Counted from the stretch's first letter, positions 18,142 to 27,201 are shown. The stretch is DNA of 64,000 nt from Prochlorococcaceae cyanobacterium (GCA_049317465.1 JBMOIF010000001.1:20158-84157), one strand, 5' to 3'. The notes: a model not told the origin generated them from the letters alone. Numbers and translations: made by a program.

Positions 18142-18839
18142 TGGAGGTCAGACTGCCCCGATCAATGGCTTCTGTCATGGCACGCCTGCGACTGTTCTGC
18201 TGCCTGTTGCTGCTGAGCCTGGGGCTGCTGCTGCCGTCGGCGGCGGCCTGGGCCGTGTCGGCCGATGATCTGCCCGCCCAGGCCCCGCTGGATCACGTTC
18301 TCGACACCGCATCGGCCCTCAGCCGTTCCACCCGCGCCGAGATGGAACGGCGCCTCACCGCCCTGGAGCAGGCTCACATCTCCGCCAGTGTCGTCACCCT
18401 GCGCCGTCCTGATTACGGGCTCACCCTCGACGCCCTCGGCGACGACCTGCTCACCCGCTGGCAGCAAGCCGAGAACGGCCAGCTGCTGCTGCTGATTGAC
18501 ACCCAGTCGAACACCGCGGCCGTCCGCGGCGACAGCATCGTGGAGCGATCACTCCCGGCTGATCTGCTCGAGAGCACCGCCACCACCACCATGGCCCAGC
18601 CCCTGCGGGATGGGGGCCTTTACCGGCAGGCGCTGGTGGCAGGGCTCGACCGGCTCGAGACCGTGCTCGGAGGCGGTGAGGATCCCGGGCCACCGGCCGA
18701 GATCATTGTCGCCACGCCCGAACCCAACGTGCCGACGGCGGAAGAGACCGCCTCGAGCAACGCGCTCACCTGGATCATCGTGTTGATGGTCGTCGGAACG
18801 GTCGTCCCGATGGCCACCTGGTGGGTCTTCTCCCGCTAG
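18141..18839 (+). CDS. TPM-domain protein (Psb32 / TLP18.3-like), C-terminal TM anchor
   Basis: Signal peptide MARLRLFCCLLLLSLGLLLPSAAAWA, TPM-like core (HVLDTASALSRSTRAEMERRLTALEQAHISASVVTL) and C-terminal TM segment LTWIIVLMVVGTVVPMATWWVF. Alternative starts at 18165 and 18177. Confidence 0.72.
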   Translation: MEVRLPRSMASVMARLRLFCCLLLLSLGLLLPSAAAWAVSADDLPAQAPLDHVLDTASALSRSTRAEMERRLTALEQAHISASVVTLRRPDYGLTLDALGDDLLTRWQQAENGQLLLLIDTQSNTAAVRGDSIVERSLPADLLESTATTTMAQPLRDGGLYRQALVAGLDRLETVLGGGEDPGPPAEIIVATPEPNVPTAEETASSNALTWIIVLMVVGTVVPMATWWVFSR

Positions 18840-18870
18840 CGCCGGCAAGACCTCGACGAGAAACACAGTC

Positions 18871-20031
18871 ATGATGGGGTTGAATCTCTGGTTCGGTGGT
18901 TCCGGGGCTGACCAGTCCTCCCGGCGCCCTTCGGGTGTTCGCCTGTCCGAGAGCCTCGAGAAGGCCTACGAGGCGGCCCTGATGATTCAGGGTCTCGAGC
19001 TGGAGTTCTTCCAGGACCGTCCGGTCCGCACGGACATTGACCTGGGCCTCCCCCGGGCCACCCAGGCCCAGATCCACCGACGCTTCCGCAGCGGGCTTGC
19101 CATCTGCCGTGAACTGGTGGCGAATCTCGAACGTCACCGGGCCGAATTCGATCCGCAGGAACTTCGGCAGCTGCAGCTCATTGAAACGGTTGTCCGGCGA
19201 TACAACAGCGGAAGTGCCAACTCCCTCAGTCGCCGTCCCGATCCGCTGCCTCGCAGCCTGCTGGGGGTGTTTGACAACGTCCGCAACCAGCTGGATCCCG
19301 AAGCCGAAGCCAGTGTTGTGGCGGGATTCCGCCGGAGGCGGGATTCGACCCTCGTCTCCCTTCGCATCCTGCTGTTGCTGGTCCTCGTGCCGCTGTTGTT
19401 GCAACAGGTCACCCGCGCCTATCTCATTTCGCCATTGGTCGACCGTTATGGCTCCGACGTGGCCTTCCTCAGTTACACCAAGCCCCGCCTGGAGGAGAAG
19501 GCGGTCGAGAAGCTGCGCATCTACCGGGAGGAGCTCGAGTTCGCGGCCCTGATCGAGGGGCGTGAGCAACCGAGCAATGAGGAGCTGCGGCAACAGTTGA
19601 CCGAACGGGCCGCCGAGCTCAAGAGCGAGGCTGACGACGAAAGCACCAGTGCGATCAAGAACGTGCTGGCAGATGGGATCGCCCTTCTGGGATTCGTGCT
19701 GGTGTGTCTGCTCGGACGGGAGGAGCTGCGGGTGCTGCGCGGCTTCCTGGATGAGACGGTCTACGGCCTCAGCGACAGCGCCAAGGCTTTCGTGATCATC
19801 CTGTTCACGGATATCTTCGTCGGTTTTCACAGTCCTGAGGGTTGGACTGTTCTGATCGAAGGGATCTCTGAACACCTCGGCTTGCCTCCAGAACAGAAGT
19901 TCGTCGATCTGTTCATTGCCACGTTCCCCGTCATTCTGGCGACCATCTTCAAGTACTGGATCTTCCGCTACCTCAACCGCGTCTCGCCCTCGTCGGTCGC
20001 CACCCTGCGCAACATGAATGGTGGTGGCTGA
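18871..20031 (+). CDS. pxcA: Proton extrusion protein PxcA (CemA/Ycf10 family)
   Basis: CemA-type C-terminal membrane domain (FVIILFTDIFVGFHSPEGWTVLIEGISEHLGLP...FIATFPVILATIFKYWIFRYLNRVSPSSVATLRNMN). Confidence 0.85.
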   Translation: MMGLNLWFGGSGADQSSRRPSGVRLSESLEKAYEAALMIQGLELEFFQDRPVRTDIDLGLPRATQAQIHRRFRSGLAICRELVANLERHRAEFDPQELRQLQLIETVVRRYNSGSANSLSRRPDPLPRSLLGVFDNVRNQLDPEAEASVVAGFRRRRDSTLVSLRILLLLVLVPLLLQQVTRAYLISPLVDRYGSDVAFLSYTKPRLEEKAVEKLRIYREELEFAALIEGREQPSNEELRQQLTERAAELKSEADDESTSAIKNVLADGIALLGFVLVCLLGREELRVLRGFLDETVYGLSDSAKAFVIILFTDIFVGFHSPEGWTVLIEGISEHLGLPPEQKFVDLFIATFPVILATIFKYWIFRYLNRVSPSSVATLRNMNGGG

Positions 20032-20608
20032 TTCCTCCGGGCCACTGCCCGGGCTGGTGCTGATCTGCGGTCCCAGCCGGGGGGGCAAGAGCGAGTGGGC
20101 CGAACATCTGCTCACGTGCCTTCCCTCCGGCACCCCCGTCACGTATCTCGCCACCGGGGGCCTCCATCCCGACGACGCCGACTGGCAGGAGCGCCTTCGC
20201 CGCCATCGCCAGCGACGTCCTGCCCACTGGGGACTGCGGGAAGTGGGGGGGTCACTGGCGGCTTCCCTGGCCCCCGGCCAGGGCCTCGACGGCCAGGCCG
20301 TCCTGATTGATGCCCTGGGAAGCTGGGTGGCCGCTCACCTGGATCTTGATGGTCCAGCGTGGCGCGATGAGCTTGACCACCTGTTGCTGTCCATCGACAG
20401 CCGCCGTCACACCATGACCCTGCTGGTGGCCGAGGAGGTCGGCTGGGGGGTGGTGCCGCCCACCCGCATCGGTGGCTGTTTCCGCGATCGCTGCGGAGAG
20501 GCGGTAGGGCTGCTGGCTGAGCGGGCCTGCGAGCACTGGTTGGTGGTGGCAGGGCGTGCCCTGCCCCTGCATCGTCTGGCAATGGCTGTGCCGCGCTCCT
20601 GTTTCTGA
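20018..20608 (+). CDS. cobU: Adenosylcobinamide kinase / adenosylcobinamide-phosphate guanylyltransferase
   Basis: P-loop LICGPSRGGKSEWAE, about 190 aa, with VLIDALGSWV and LVAEEVGWGVVP motifs typical of CobU/CobP. It overlaps the pxcA 3' end by 14 nt. Confidence 0.82.
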   Translation: MVVADSSGPLPGLVLICGPSRGGKSEWAEHLLTCLPSGTPVTYLATGGLHPDDADWQERLRRHRQRRPAHWGLREVGGSLAASLAPGQGLDGQAVLIDALGSWVAAHLDLDGPAWRDELDHLLLSIDSRRHTMTLLVAEEVGWGVVPPTRIGGCFRDRCGEAVGLLAERACEHWLVVAGRALPLHRLAMAVPRSCF

Positions 20609-20610
20609 CG

Positions 20611-21078
20611 ATGCCCCGCGTTGTACTTCTGGCCCCCGAGATCCCGCCGAACACGGGCAACGTGGCCCGCACCTGTGCGGCCATGGCCGTTGAACTGCAC
20701 CTGGTCGAGCCCCTCGGTTTCGAACTGTCAGACCGCACCCTGCGCCGTGCCGGTCTGGATTACTGGCCGTTTGTGCGTCTCGAACGCCACGGCTCCTGGT
20801 CAGCCCTTCAGGATGCACGACGGGCCCGGGGAGGGCGGCTCCTGGGTCTGACGAGTCGCGGCGGCGAGATTTACCATCGGCACAGGTTTCAGTCTTCCGA
20901 CTGGCTGCTTTTCGGTAAGGAGACAACAGGTCTTCCCGACGATGTCAAGGGCGAGTGTGACAACCTCCTGACCGTCCCGATGGTTGAGCCCGGGGTCCGG
21001 TGTCTGAACCTTTCCACGGCCGTGGCGATTGTATTGAGCGAGGCTCTGCGACAATTGCAAAACCCTCTCCACGACTGA
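20611..21078 (+). CDS. trmL: tRNA (cytidine/uridine-2'-O-)-methyltransferase TrmL (SpoU/TrmH family)
   Basis: VVLLAPEIPPNTGNVARTCAAMAVELHLVEPLGF...RRAGLDYW...LLFGKETTGLP...RCLNLSTAVAIVLSEALRQ. Confidence 0.85.
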   Translation: MPRVVLLAPEIPPNTGNVARTCAAMAVELHLVEPLGFELSDRTLRRAGLDYWPFVRLERHGSWSALQDARRARGGRLLGLTSRGGEIYHRHRFQSSDWLLFGKETTGLPDDVKGECDNLLTVPMVEPGVRCLNLSTAVAIVLSEALRQLQNPLHD

Positions 21079-21103
21079 TTTTCTAGCCAACCGGAAGCAT
21101 TTT

Positions 21104-21146
21104 GTACGATTTGACACTTGCGGTGTTGCTCACCAGTGTGTAATAT
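21104..21146 (+). promoter_or_regulatory. Possible NtcA/CRP-type class II promoter upstream of the M23 peptidase gene
   Basis: GTA-N8-CAC (21104-21117), 23 nt, then TAATAT (21141-21146). The consensus I recall is GTA-N8-TAC about 22 nt upstream of TAN3T, so this has one mismatch in the right half-site. Confidence 0.2.
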
Positions 21147-21202
21147 CTGCCCAGCTCCGAGATGTTGGCTTCTCCCGGGGTTTGTCGTTTGTATGTTTCT
21201 GC

Positions 21203-22120
21203 ATGAAGCCTTCTGCTCTCCTTGTTCTGGGAACTTTCGCTGCTCCGCTGTCACTTGCGGTCTGCGCCGGTCTCCCTGGGCACTCTGAAGTTGGCTCTCG
21301 TTCTGAACTCAATTCTCCGTCTTCCAATCTCATCGCGGCTGATCCCGGCACCAACTGGGTCCGCGTGCGTTCCTCCATCACCCTTCAGCAGCTTGCTGAC
21401 CAGCTCGACCTGTCGGCGGAACTGCTGAGCGACAGCAACGGGCTGCCTGTGGCCCACCGTCTGCGGCCGAATGACTGGGTTGCCCTGCCCGTGCTGTCTC
21501 GCCAGACCCTTTATCAGGCACCAGCCCTCGATACCAGCGAGATCCGTCTGTCGGCGCCCGCTCGCAATCCCCTGGCCGTGGCTGCCAAGTTTGCGTCCGA
21601 GGCTCCCTTGCAGGTCACCTCACGGCTGCTGGCTCCGGCGGCCCGGGCACGCCTGCCCCTGGCGATCCTTCCTGGTGGCAGTGGTGGCCTCAGCTGGCCT
21701 GACCTGCCGCTGCTGCCTCAGCGGGACCAACCCAGCCTGGGTCGTTTTGGCTGGCCTGCAGCCGGCACCATGACCTCCGGTTATGGCTGGCGCTGGGGCC
21801 GCATGCACCGCGGCATCGACATCGCCAACAGTGTCGGGACCCCCATCGTGGCCGCCGCTGACGGCACCGTGATCAGCTCCGGCTGGAATGACGGTGGCTA
21901 CGGCTACCTGGTCGAGGTGAGCCATCGTGACGGCTCGATCACCCGATACGCCCACAACAGCCGCCTGCTGGTCAGCAAGGGTCAGGAAGTCGCCCAGGGG
22001 CAGCCTCTGGCCCAGATGGGGAGCACCGGCCGCAGCACCGGCCCACACCTGCACTTCGAAATCGTTGTGCCGGGTTCGGGAGCCGTCAACCCGATGGCGT
22101 TGCTGTCGTCCCGCAGCTGA
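21203..22120 (+). CDS. M23 family metallopeptidase with a LysM-like N-terminal region
   Basis: Signal peptide MKPSALLVLGTFAAPLSLAVCAG. The LysM-like segment is ITLQQLADQLDLSAELLSDSNGL. The M23 motifs are HRGIDIA...GTVISSG...GYGYLVEVSHRDGSITRYAHNS...GSTGRSTGPHLHFEI. Confidence 0.85.
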   Translation: MKPSALLVLGTFAAPLSLAVCAGLPGHSEVGSRSELNSPSSNLIAADPGTNWVRVRSSITLQQLADQLDLSAELLSDSNGLPVAHRLRPNDWVALPVLSRQTLYQAPALDTSEIRLSAPARNPLAVAAKFASEAPLQVTSRLLAPAARARLPLAILPGGSGGLSWPDLPLLPQRDQPSLGRFGWPAAGTMTSGYGWRWGRMHRGIDIANSVGTPIVAAADGTVISSGWNDGGYGYLVEVSHRDGSITRYAHNSRLLVSKGQEVAQGQPLAQMGSTGRSTGPHLHFEIVVPGSGAVNPMALLSSRS

Positions 22121-22146
22121 TCGTCGGGTACAGTCGACGCTTGGCA

Positions 22147-22220
22147 GGCTCGGTAGCTCAGCTGGTCAGAGCACGGGATTCATAACCCCGGGGTCGGGAG
22201 TTCAAGTCTCCCCCGAGCCA
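22147..22220 (+). tRNA. tRNA with anticodon CAT (elongator tRNA-Met, or tRNA-Ile2 if C34 is lysidinylated)
   Basis: Manual cloverleaf: acceptor GGCTCGG/CCGAGCC, D-arm GCTC-AGCTGGTCA-GAGC, anticodon arm CGGGA-TTCATAA-CCCCG, variable loop GGGTC, T-arm GGGAG-TTCAAGT-CTCCC, discriminator A. CCA is not encoded. Confidence 0.9.
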
Positions 22221-22228
22221 TTTCACGC

Positions 22229-22256
22229 CTCTGGCCATCTCAGGTTTCTGCCAGAG
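22229..22256. terminator. Candidate bidirectional stem-loop between the tRNA and a convergent small ORF
   Basis: CTCTGGC (22229-22235), 14-nt loop, GCCAGAG (22250-22256). No clear U-tract. Confidence 0.2.
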
Positions 22257-22273
22257 CTTGGTCCCTCGACAGA

Positions 22274-22567
22274 TCACCGCATATCGATCGCACTGAGGCG
22301 TTCCTTGAAGGTGGTCTGTGGGCTCTCGCTGCTCCGGTTCTTCGACTCGGCGGGGGCGACGCTGGCCTGATAGGACCGTCGAAACCGATTTCCCTGGGGA
22401 CGCACCTCCACGGTGCGGCTGGGGACAGGCCTCGGGGAAGTCGATCCTCCCTCGCTGTTCTCAGACCGAGGAATCGGTTGTGCCTTCAGCTCGGATCGCA
22501 GTTGATTGAGAAGCCGAAAATGACCGGTGGTGTTGTATTTGCGCGTCAGCGCCGGATCCCAGGGCAT
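22274..22567 (-). CDS. Conserved-looking hypothetical protein
   Basis: MPWDPALTRKYNTTGHFRLLNQLRSELK... is followed by a low-complexity S/P/R-rich tail. ATG at 22567 chosen within ORF 22274..22630. No family recognised. Confidence 0.45.
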   Translation of the reverse strand: MPWDPALTRKYNTTGHFRLLNQLRSELKAQPIPRSENSEGGSTSPRPVPSRTVEVRPQGNRFRRSYQASVAPAESKNRSSESPQTTFKERLSAIDMR

Positions 22568-22692
22568 ACAAAAAGGCTGATGCACCCACACTACGGCCTG
22601 GCCTTCATCCGTGGTAACTTGTTCGGGCACTAAACCGGACTGGTTCCGCTTAAGGGGGCCTTTCCCGTGCGTTGTCCGCGTTCTTCCCTCCC

Positions 22693-23289
22693 ATGACCAG
22701 CACCCTGCGTGTGGGCCAGAAAGCCCCCGACTTCACCGCTACCGCCGTTGTGGACCAGGAGTTCAAGGAGATCAGCCTCTCCCAGTACCGCGGCAAGTAC
22801 GTGGTTCTGTTCTTCTATCCCCTCGACTTCACCTTCGTCTGCCCGACCGAGATCACGGCCTTCAGTGATCGCTACGCCGATTTCACCAGCCGCAACACCG
22901 AAGTCCTGGGCGTGTCGGTCGACAGCCAGTTCAGCCACCTCGCCTGGATTCAGACCGATCGCAAGCAGGGTGGTCTCGGAGATATCGCCTACCCCCTGGT
23001 TGCCGATCTCAAGAAGGAGATCGCCCGCGCCTACAACGTGCTCGACGAAGAAGAGGGTGTCGCTCTCCGGGGTCTCTTCCTGATCGACCCTGAGGGCAAT
23101 GTGCAGCATGCCACGATCAACAACCTGCCCGTCGGCCGCAATGTCGAGGAGACCCTGCGCATCCTGCAGGCCTTCCAGCACGTCCAGTCGAATCCCGACG
23201 AAGTGTGCCCCGCCAACTGGACTCCCGGCGAACGCACCATGAATCCCGATCCGGTGAAGAGCAAGGACTTCTTCGCTGCCGTCAACTGA
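22693..23289 (+). CDS. Typical 2-Cys peroxiredoxin (AhpC/BAS1 type)
   Basis: [20 protein letters not shown] contains the peroxidatic Cys. EVCPANW contains the resolving Cys. Confidence 0.95.
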   Translation: MTSTLRVGQKAPDFTATAVVDQEFKEISLSQYRGKYVVLFFYPLDFTFVCPTEITAFSDRYADFTSRNTEVLGVSVDSQFSHLAWIQTDRKQGGLGDIAYPLVADLKKEIARAYNVLDEEEGVALRGLFLIDPEGNVQHATINNLPVGRNVEETLRILQAFQHVQSNPDEVCPANWTPGERTMNPDPVKSKDFFAAVN

Positions 23290-24256
23290 GCAGCGTCAGG
23301 CTGCCCGCACTGCCATCGAGTTCAGCCCTCCTCCCCTGGGGGAGGGCTTCATTCGGGCGTCCATGCCCCACGGGCAACCGACCCACCACCGGAATCCCCA
23401 GGTCGCAGCATCGGTTCTGCAGGACGTCTTCCATCGACAGATCCCCCGGCAGCACATCACCGTCCGATGTCCAGTCGAACCGCCCGAGGCCGATACCGGC
23501 CAGCCGTTGCAGCAGACCCGCCGTGCGCCAATGGGTCAGGAGGCGATCCACCCTGTAGGGCGCCTCGCCGGTGTCCTCCAGCACCAGGATCGCTCCGTGC
23601 AGGTCAGGCAGCCAGGGCGTACCGATCAGATGCGTGGCTACGGTCAGATTGGTGACCACCAGCGCGCCGCGGGCCCGACCCGGGCTCCAACCCTGACCCT
23701 GCAGCGGTGCGACGGCCTCGCCGCTCAGCAATTGACGCACGCGCTCGCCGCGCCAGCCGTGGATGCCGCCCCCGCCCCCCGCGGCCAGCTGGGCCAGTTG
23801 CAGCGCAGAGTTGTCTGAAAACCCCACAATCCAGCGCGGGTCGGCCCGCAGCTGCAGACCGGCCTCCAGCACCCGCTGGGCCCCCCAGCCGCCGCCGACG
23901 CAGACCAGTCCGGAATAGCGACGGTCTGCCCACAGCCGCTGCAGCAGGTTTGCCCGTTCTTCATCCCGGCCGGCGAAGTAATGCCAGCGGGCGAGCGTCC
24001 CTGCCGGGGTGTCGAGACGCCATCCCCAGCGCGCATAGAGGGCCGGCCAGCCATCGGTGGGGTTGAGTTCTTCGGCGGTCACCCACGTGCCCGGTGCCAC
24101 CGCCGCCAGCAGATCCCCCGGCCGCAGCGGAGAGGGGGGCGTCAGACCACGCTCCGTCCAGCCCGGCGCCACGGCTGCCGTTCGACCTTCGCGCCAGCCG
24201 AGGCCGGCGGTGGCGAGGGTCAGAGTCTGCAGCAGCCGGCGTCGGGGCCACCTCAT
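23282..24256 (-). CDS. ldcA: LD-carboxypeptidase (muramoyltetrapeptide carboxypeptidase, peptidase S66)
   Basis: [10 protein letters not shown]..., [25 protein letters not shown] (Ser nucleophile context) and [18 protein letters not shown]. The ATG at 24256 overlaps the purQ stop (ATGA). N-terminus [17 protein letters not shown] is Tat-like. Confidence 0.8.
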   Translation of the reverse strand: MRWPRRRLLQTLTLATAGLGWREGRTAAVAPGWTERGLTPPSPLRPGDLLAAVAPGTWVTAEELNPTDGWPALYARWGWRLDTPAGTLARWHYFAGRDEERANLLQRLWADRRYSGLVCVGGGWGAQRVLEAGLQLRADPRWIVGFSDNSALQLAQLAAGGGGGIHGWRGERVRQLLSGEAVAPLQGQGWSPGRARGALVVTNLTVATHLIGTPWLPDLHGAILVLEDTGEAPYRVDRLLTHWRTAGLLQRLAGIGLGRFDWTSDGDVLPGDLSMEDVLQNRCCDLGIPVVGRLPVGHGRPNEALPQGRRAELDGSAGSLTLLS

Positions 24257-24906
24257 CCGAGCAGGGCCTGCAGCAGCCGGCGTCCATCGTCGCCCCCCAG
24301 CCTTGGATCGCAGGCCCGCTCCGGGTGGGGCATCAGCCCCAGCACATTTCCTGCGGCGCTGCACACGCCGGCGACAGCCCCCCGCGAGCCGTTCGGATTG
24401 GTCTGGTACCGCAGCACCAGCTGACCGGTCTGTTCCAGTTGGGCATAGGTGGCGTCATCGCACTGCCAGCAGCCTTCTCCATGGGCAATGGGAAACTGCA
24501 CCCGTTCCCCTGGGGCGTACCCGGCCAGCCATGAGCAGTTCCCCGGCTGCACGGCCAGATCACAGGGTTCGCAGAGAAAGTGCAGATCGCGGTTGCGGGT
24601 GAGAGCCCCCGGGAGCAGTCCCATCTCCGTCAGCACCTGGAAGCCGTTGCACACACCCAGCACAGGCCCCCCGTCCCGGGCGAAGGCCTCAACCTCCCGC
24701 AGCATGGGGGCAAAGCGGGCCAGGGCGCCGCAGCGCAGGTAATCGCCGTAGCTGAATCCTCCCGGCAGCACCACGGCCGCCACTCCGCTCAGATCCGTGT
24801 CACCGTGCCAGAGGAACCGGGCGGGGATGCCGAGGCATCCCTGAACAGCCCAGGCCATGTCGCGGTCGCAGTTCGAGCCTGGAAAAACGACGATGCCGAC
24901 GGTCAT
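24253..24906 (-). CDS. purQ: Phosphoribosylformylglycinamidine synthase subunit PurQ (glutaminase)
   Basis: [14 protein letters not shown]...[15 protein letters not shown]...[10 protein letters not shown]...GLMPHPER. Confidence 0.93.
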   Translation of the reverse strand: MTVGIVVFPGSNCDRDMAWAVQGCLGIPARFLWHGDTDLSGVAAVVLPGGFSYGDYLRCGALARFAPMLREVEAFARDGGPVLGVCNGFQVLTEMGLLPGALTRNRDLHFLCEPCDLAVQPGNCSWLAGYAPGERVQFPIAHGEGCWQCDDATYAQLEQTGQLVLRYQTNPNGSRGAVAGVCSAAGNVLGLMPHPERACDPRLGGDDGRRLLQALLG

Positions 24907-25160
24907 GGGGCCTCCTGCAGCTCGCAGGTCCAGGTTTCGGTCACCGGATTCGCCAGCAGGCGATCACACAGGTCGGCCAGGGTCCGCTCTGCAGCGTCGC
25001 GGTCATCGGCCTCCAGTTCGAGGTCGATGGCTTTGCCGATCCGCAGGCGGCTGACCCCCACAAGCCCCAATCGACCCGCAGCGGCACGGGTGGCCTCCCC
25101 CGCCGGGTCGAGCACCGAGGGGCGCAGCTGCACCCTCACCTGAGCACGGAAACGGGCCAA
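24903..25160 (-). CDS. purS: Phosphoribosylformylglycinamidine synthase subunit PurS
   Basis: 85 aa, with [16 protein letters not shown]...[10 protein letters not shown]. It overlaps the purQ start by 4 nt. Confidence 0.88.
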   Translation of the reverse strand: MARFRAQVRVQLRPSVLDPAGEATRAAAGRLGLVGVSRLRIGKAIDLELEADDRDAAERTLADLCDRLLANPVTETWTCELQEAP

Positions 25161-25246
25161 GGCGCGATCACGACTGCTGAAATCTTCGCAGCCACCCTGC
25201 CAAATCTCCCGGTGACGACCATGGTGGAAACAGCACCGGTGTCCCC

Positions 25247-25567
25247 GTGGCCTCCCCCCTGCCCCTGCTGTTGAGTGTCGCCCTGACGGCTCCCATGGTG
25301 CAGGCCCAGGATCTGGTGGTCACCACCTCCTGCCGGGTCGCCGGCGGCCCCTGGCAGACCTGCCGGCTGGCGGTTCAGGATCCCGGCAGCCGCTGGCAGG
25401 TGCAGCTGGGTGCACAGACCTGGAGCTTCAGCCATAACGGCAGCGGTGCGATCCGCGTGCGCCAGGGGCAGGGCGCCTGGACGACGACCACACCACGCTG
25501 GGAGAAGGCCGGCGAGGTGCTGTGCTGGGGTCAGCTCTGTGCCCGCGGACCCCTGCCGCTGGACTGA
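25247..25567 (+). CDS. Small secreted Cys-containing hypothetical protein
   Basis: GTG start. Signal peptide ASPLPLLLSVALTAPMVQAQ-DL with four Cys in the mature part. No family recognised. Confidence 0.5.
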   Translation: MASPLPLLLSVALTAPMVQAQDLVVTTSCRVAGGPWQTCRLAVQDPGSRWQVQLGAQTWSFSHNGSGAIRVRQGQGAWTTTTPRWEKAGEVLCWGQLCARGPLPLD

Positions 25568-26601
25568 GCCAGCTGCTGTTCCAACGGCGCCCCGTCGATG
25601 CTGCGGCCGATGGCCACGAGACGCAGCTGTCCTGCTGGCAGGCCATCGGCTTCGAACCAGGTCTCGAGCCGACGTCCCACGGCCTGAACCTGAAGCGGCA
25701 GCTCCCGGCCCTCCAGGGGAACCCGGCCCTTGAGCCGCAACCAGCCGTGGCGCTGGATCGATTCCCGCAGCAGCTGTTCCAGCGGCTGCCGCTGCCAGCT
25801 CCCCTCCATGCTGACGCTCAGGGAGGCCAGCTCAGGATGGACGTGGTCATGGTCGTGGTCATCGAGGGCGAGAGCATCGGCCTCCACGCCCGTGTCGACA
25901 CCGCCGAGCCCCAGCAGCAGGTCAGGATCCACCACACCCCGGGCCATCGCCAGGGTCGGCGCCGGGGGCTGTTGCCATTGGCTCAGCTGCTGCTGCAGTT
26001 CCTCTTCGACAGCCCGCAGCTGGTCAGAGCTGAGCCGGTCCGCCCGGCTCACGAGCACCAGATCGGCCACCTCCAGCTGCTCACGGAACACCTCTTCGAG
26101 GGCGCGCTGATGATCCAGTTCCGGATCCTGCTGCTGCTGTCGCTCGATCGCCAGGGGATCACGCACGGGAGAACCGGAGGCGAGAGCCTCGCCGTCGACC
26201 ACCGTCACCACCCCCTGCACGCGGGTGCGATGGCGGATCGAAGGCCAGCGGAAGGCCTCGAGCAAGGGTTCAGGCAGCGCCAGACCGCTGGTCTCGATCA
26301 GGATTCCGTCGAGGGAGCCGCCCCCGTCGAGCAGCCGCTCCATGGTGGGGAGGAAGTCCTCCTGGACGGTGCAGCAGACGCAGCCATTGGGAAGCTCCAC
26401 CACCGGGCAGCCATCGTCGATGTCGCAGAGCAGGGCGCCGTCGATGCCCACTTCGCCGAACTCATTGACGAGCACCGCCAGGCGGCGGCCGCCGTGGCTG
26501 AGCAGATGGCGCAGCAGGGTGGTCTTCCCAGAGCCCAGGAAACCCGTCACCACCGTCACCGGCAGCCGGGATGGCGTGGGGGGGGGAACGGCGGCGGCCA
26601 T
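25531..26601 (-). CDS. COG0523 / CobW-family G3E GTPase (putative metallochaperone)
   Basis: VTVVTGFLGSGKTTLL (P-loop), a CVCCTV metal-binding motif, and a His-rich linker LDDHDHDHVHPE before the CobW_C domain. ATG at 26601 chosen within ORF 25531..26685. Confidence 0.85.
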   Translation of the reverse strand: MAAAVPPPTPSRLPVTVVTGFLGSGKTTLLRHLLSHGGRRLAVLVNEFGEVGIDGALLCDIDDGCPVVELPNGCVCCTVQEDFLPTMERLLDGGGSLDGILIETSGLALPEPLLEAFRWPSIRHRTRVQGVVTVVDGEALASGSPVRDPLAIERQQQQDPELDHQRALEEVFREQLEVADLVLVSRADRLSSDQLRAVEEELQQQLSQWQQPPAPTLAMARGVVDPDLLLGLGGVDTGVEADALALDDHDHDHVHPELASLSVSMEGSWQRQPLEQLLRESIQRHGWLRLKGRVPLEGRELPLQVQAVGRRLETWFEADGLPAGQLRLVAIGRSIDGAPLEQQLAQSSGRGPRAQS

Positions 26602-26626
26602 GGTGCCCGGAACCTGACTCCGGACC

Positions 26627-27142
26627 CTACTGCGGACAGCGCAGGCTGTCCCGGGTCGCCACTCCGGTGATGGGGTGCACACCACTGGCCCTGGCGCAGA
26701 GCGCCCGCTGTTCCTGTTGGTCCAGGACCGCCTCGCTGAAATCAGCGGTGTCGATCACGGCACCGGCGAAACGCGACTGGAGGAGCATGGCGTTGTCGAG
26801 GCGGGCCCCACGCAGATCCGCACCGTCGAACCGGCTGGCGAAACCGACCACATCACGCATGTCGGCACCACGGAGATCGGCCTCGTCGAGGCGGCTGCCG
26901 TTGAACACCGAACCGCGCAGATCGCTGTCACTGAAGTTGAACCCGCGCAGGTCGGCCTTCAGGAACTCCTGCTGCTGCAGCTGCCTCCCGTGCATGTCGG
27001 GCTGCAGATCCTGCAGGGAACGGCTGCCACGCAGTTCAGGGGCTGTGATGGCCTGCGCAGCTGGGGCCACGAGCAGACCCACGGCCAGCACCAGCGCTGC
27101 CACGAGCGGAATCAGCATCCCCATCGGCTTGGGTGCCGTCAT
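26627..27142 (-). CDS. Pentapeptide-repeat protein with signal peptide (thylakoid-lumen type)
   Basis: Signal peptide MTAPKPMGMLIPLVAALVLAVGLLVAPAAQA is followed by tandem A(D/N)LxG pentapeptides (FLKADLRGFNFSDSDLRGSVFNGSRLDEADLRGADM...). Confidence 0.8.
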   Translation of the reverse strand: MTAPKPMGMLIPLVAALVLAVGLLVAPAAQAITAPELRGSRSLQDLQPDMHGRQLQQQEFLKADLRGFNFSDSDLRGSVFNGSRLDEADLRGADMRDVVGFASRFDGADLRGARLDNAMLLQSRFAGAVIDTADFSEAVLDQQEQRALCARASGVHPITGVATRDSLRCPQ

Positions 27143-27201
27143 CGGTTCCCCGTAGGCTTGCGCGCACAAGCTATGGCAGGGAGCCGACACCCTGCGACAC
27201 C

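Noticed and set aside
21111-21146. TTGACA (21111-21116) as the -35 box for the TAATAT -10 at 21141.
   Set aside because: The spacer would be 24 nt, far from the optimum of about 17 nt. The hexamer is more plausibly part of the GTA-N8-CAC element or a coincidence.
22147-22220. tRNA-CAT as the initiator tRNA-fMet.
   Set aside because: Position 1-72 is a Watson-Crick G-C pair, whereas bacterial initiators have a mismatch. The GGG/CCC run in the anticodon stem is shifted relative to the initiator signature.
26578-26586. Other homopolymer runs (G9 at 26578-26586 and C8 near 58186) as frameshift sites.
   Set aside because: Both lie inside ORFs whose frame is consistent on both sides (poly-Pro or Gly codons), and no domain break coincides with them. 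This differs from the G11 at the LptA/LptB junction.
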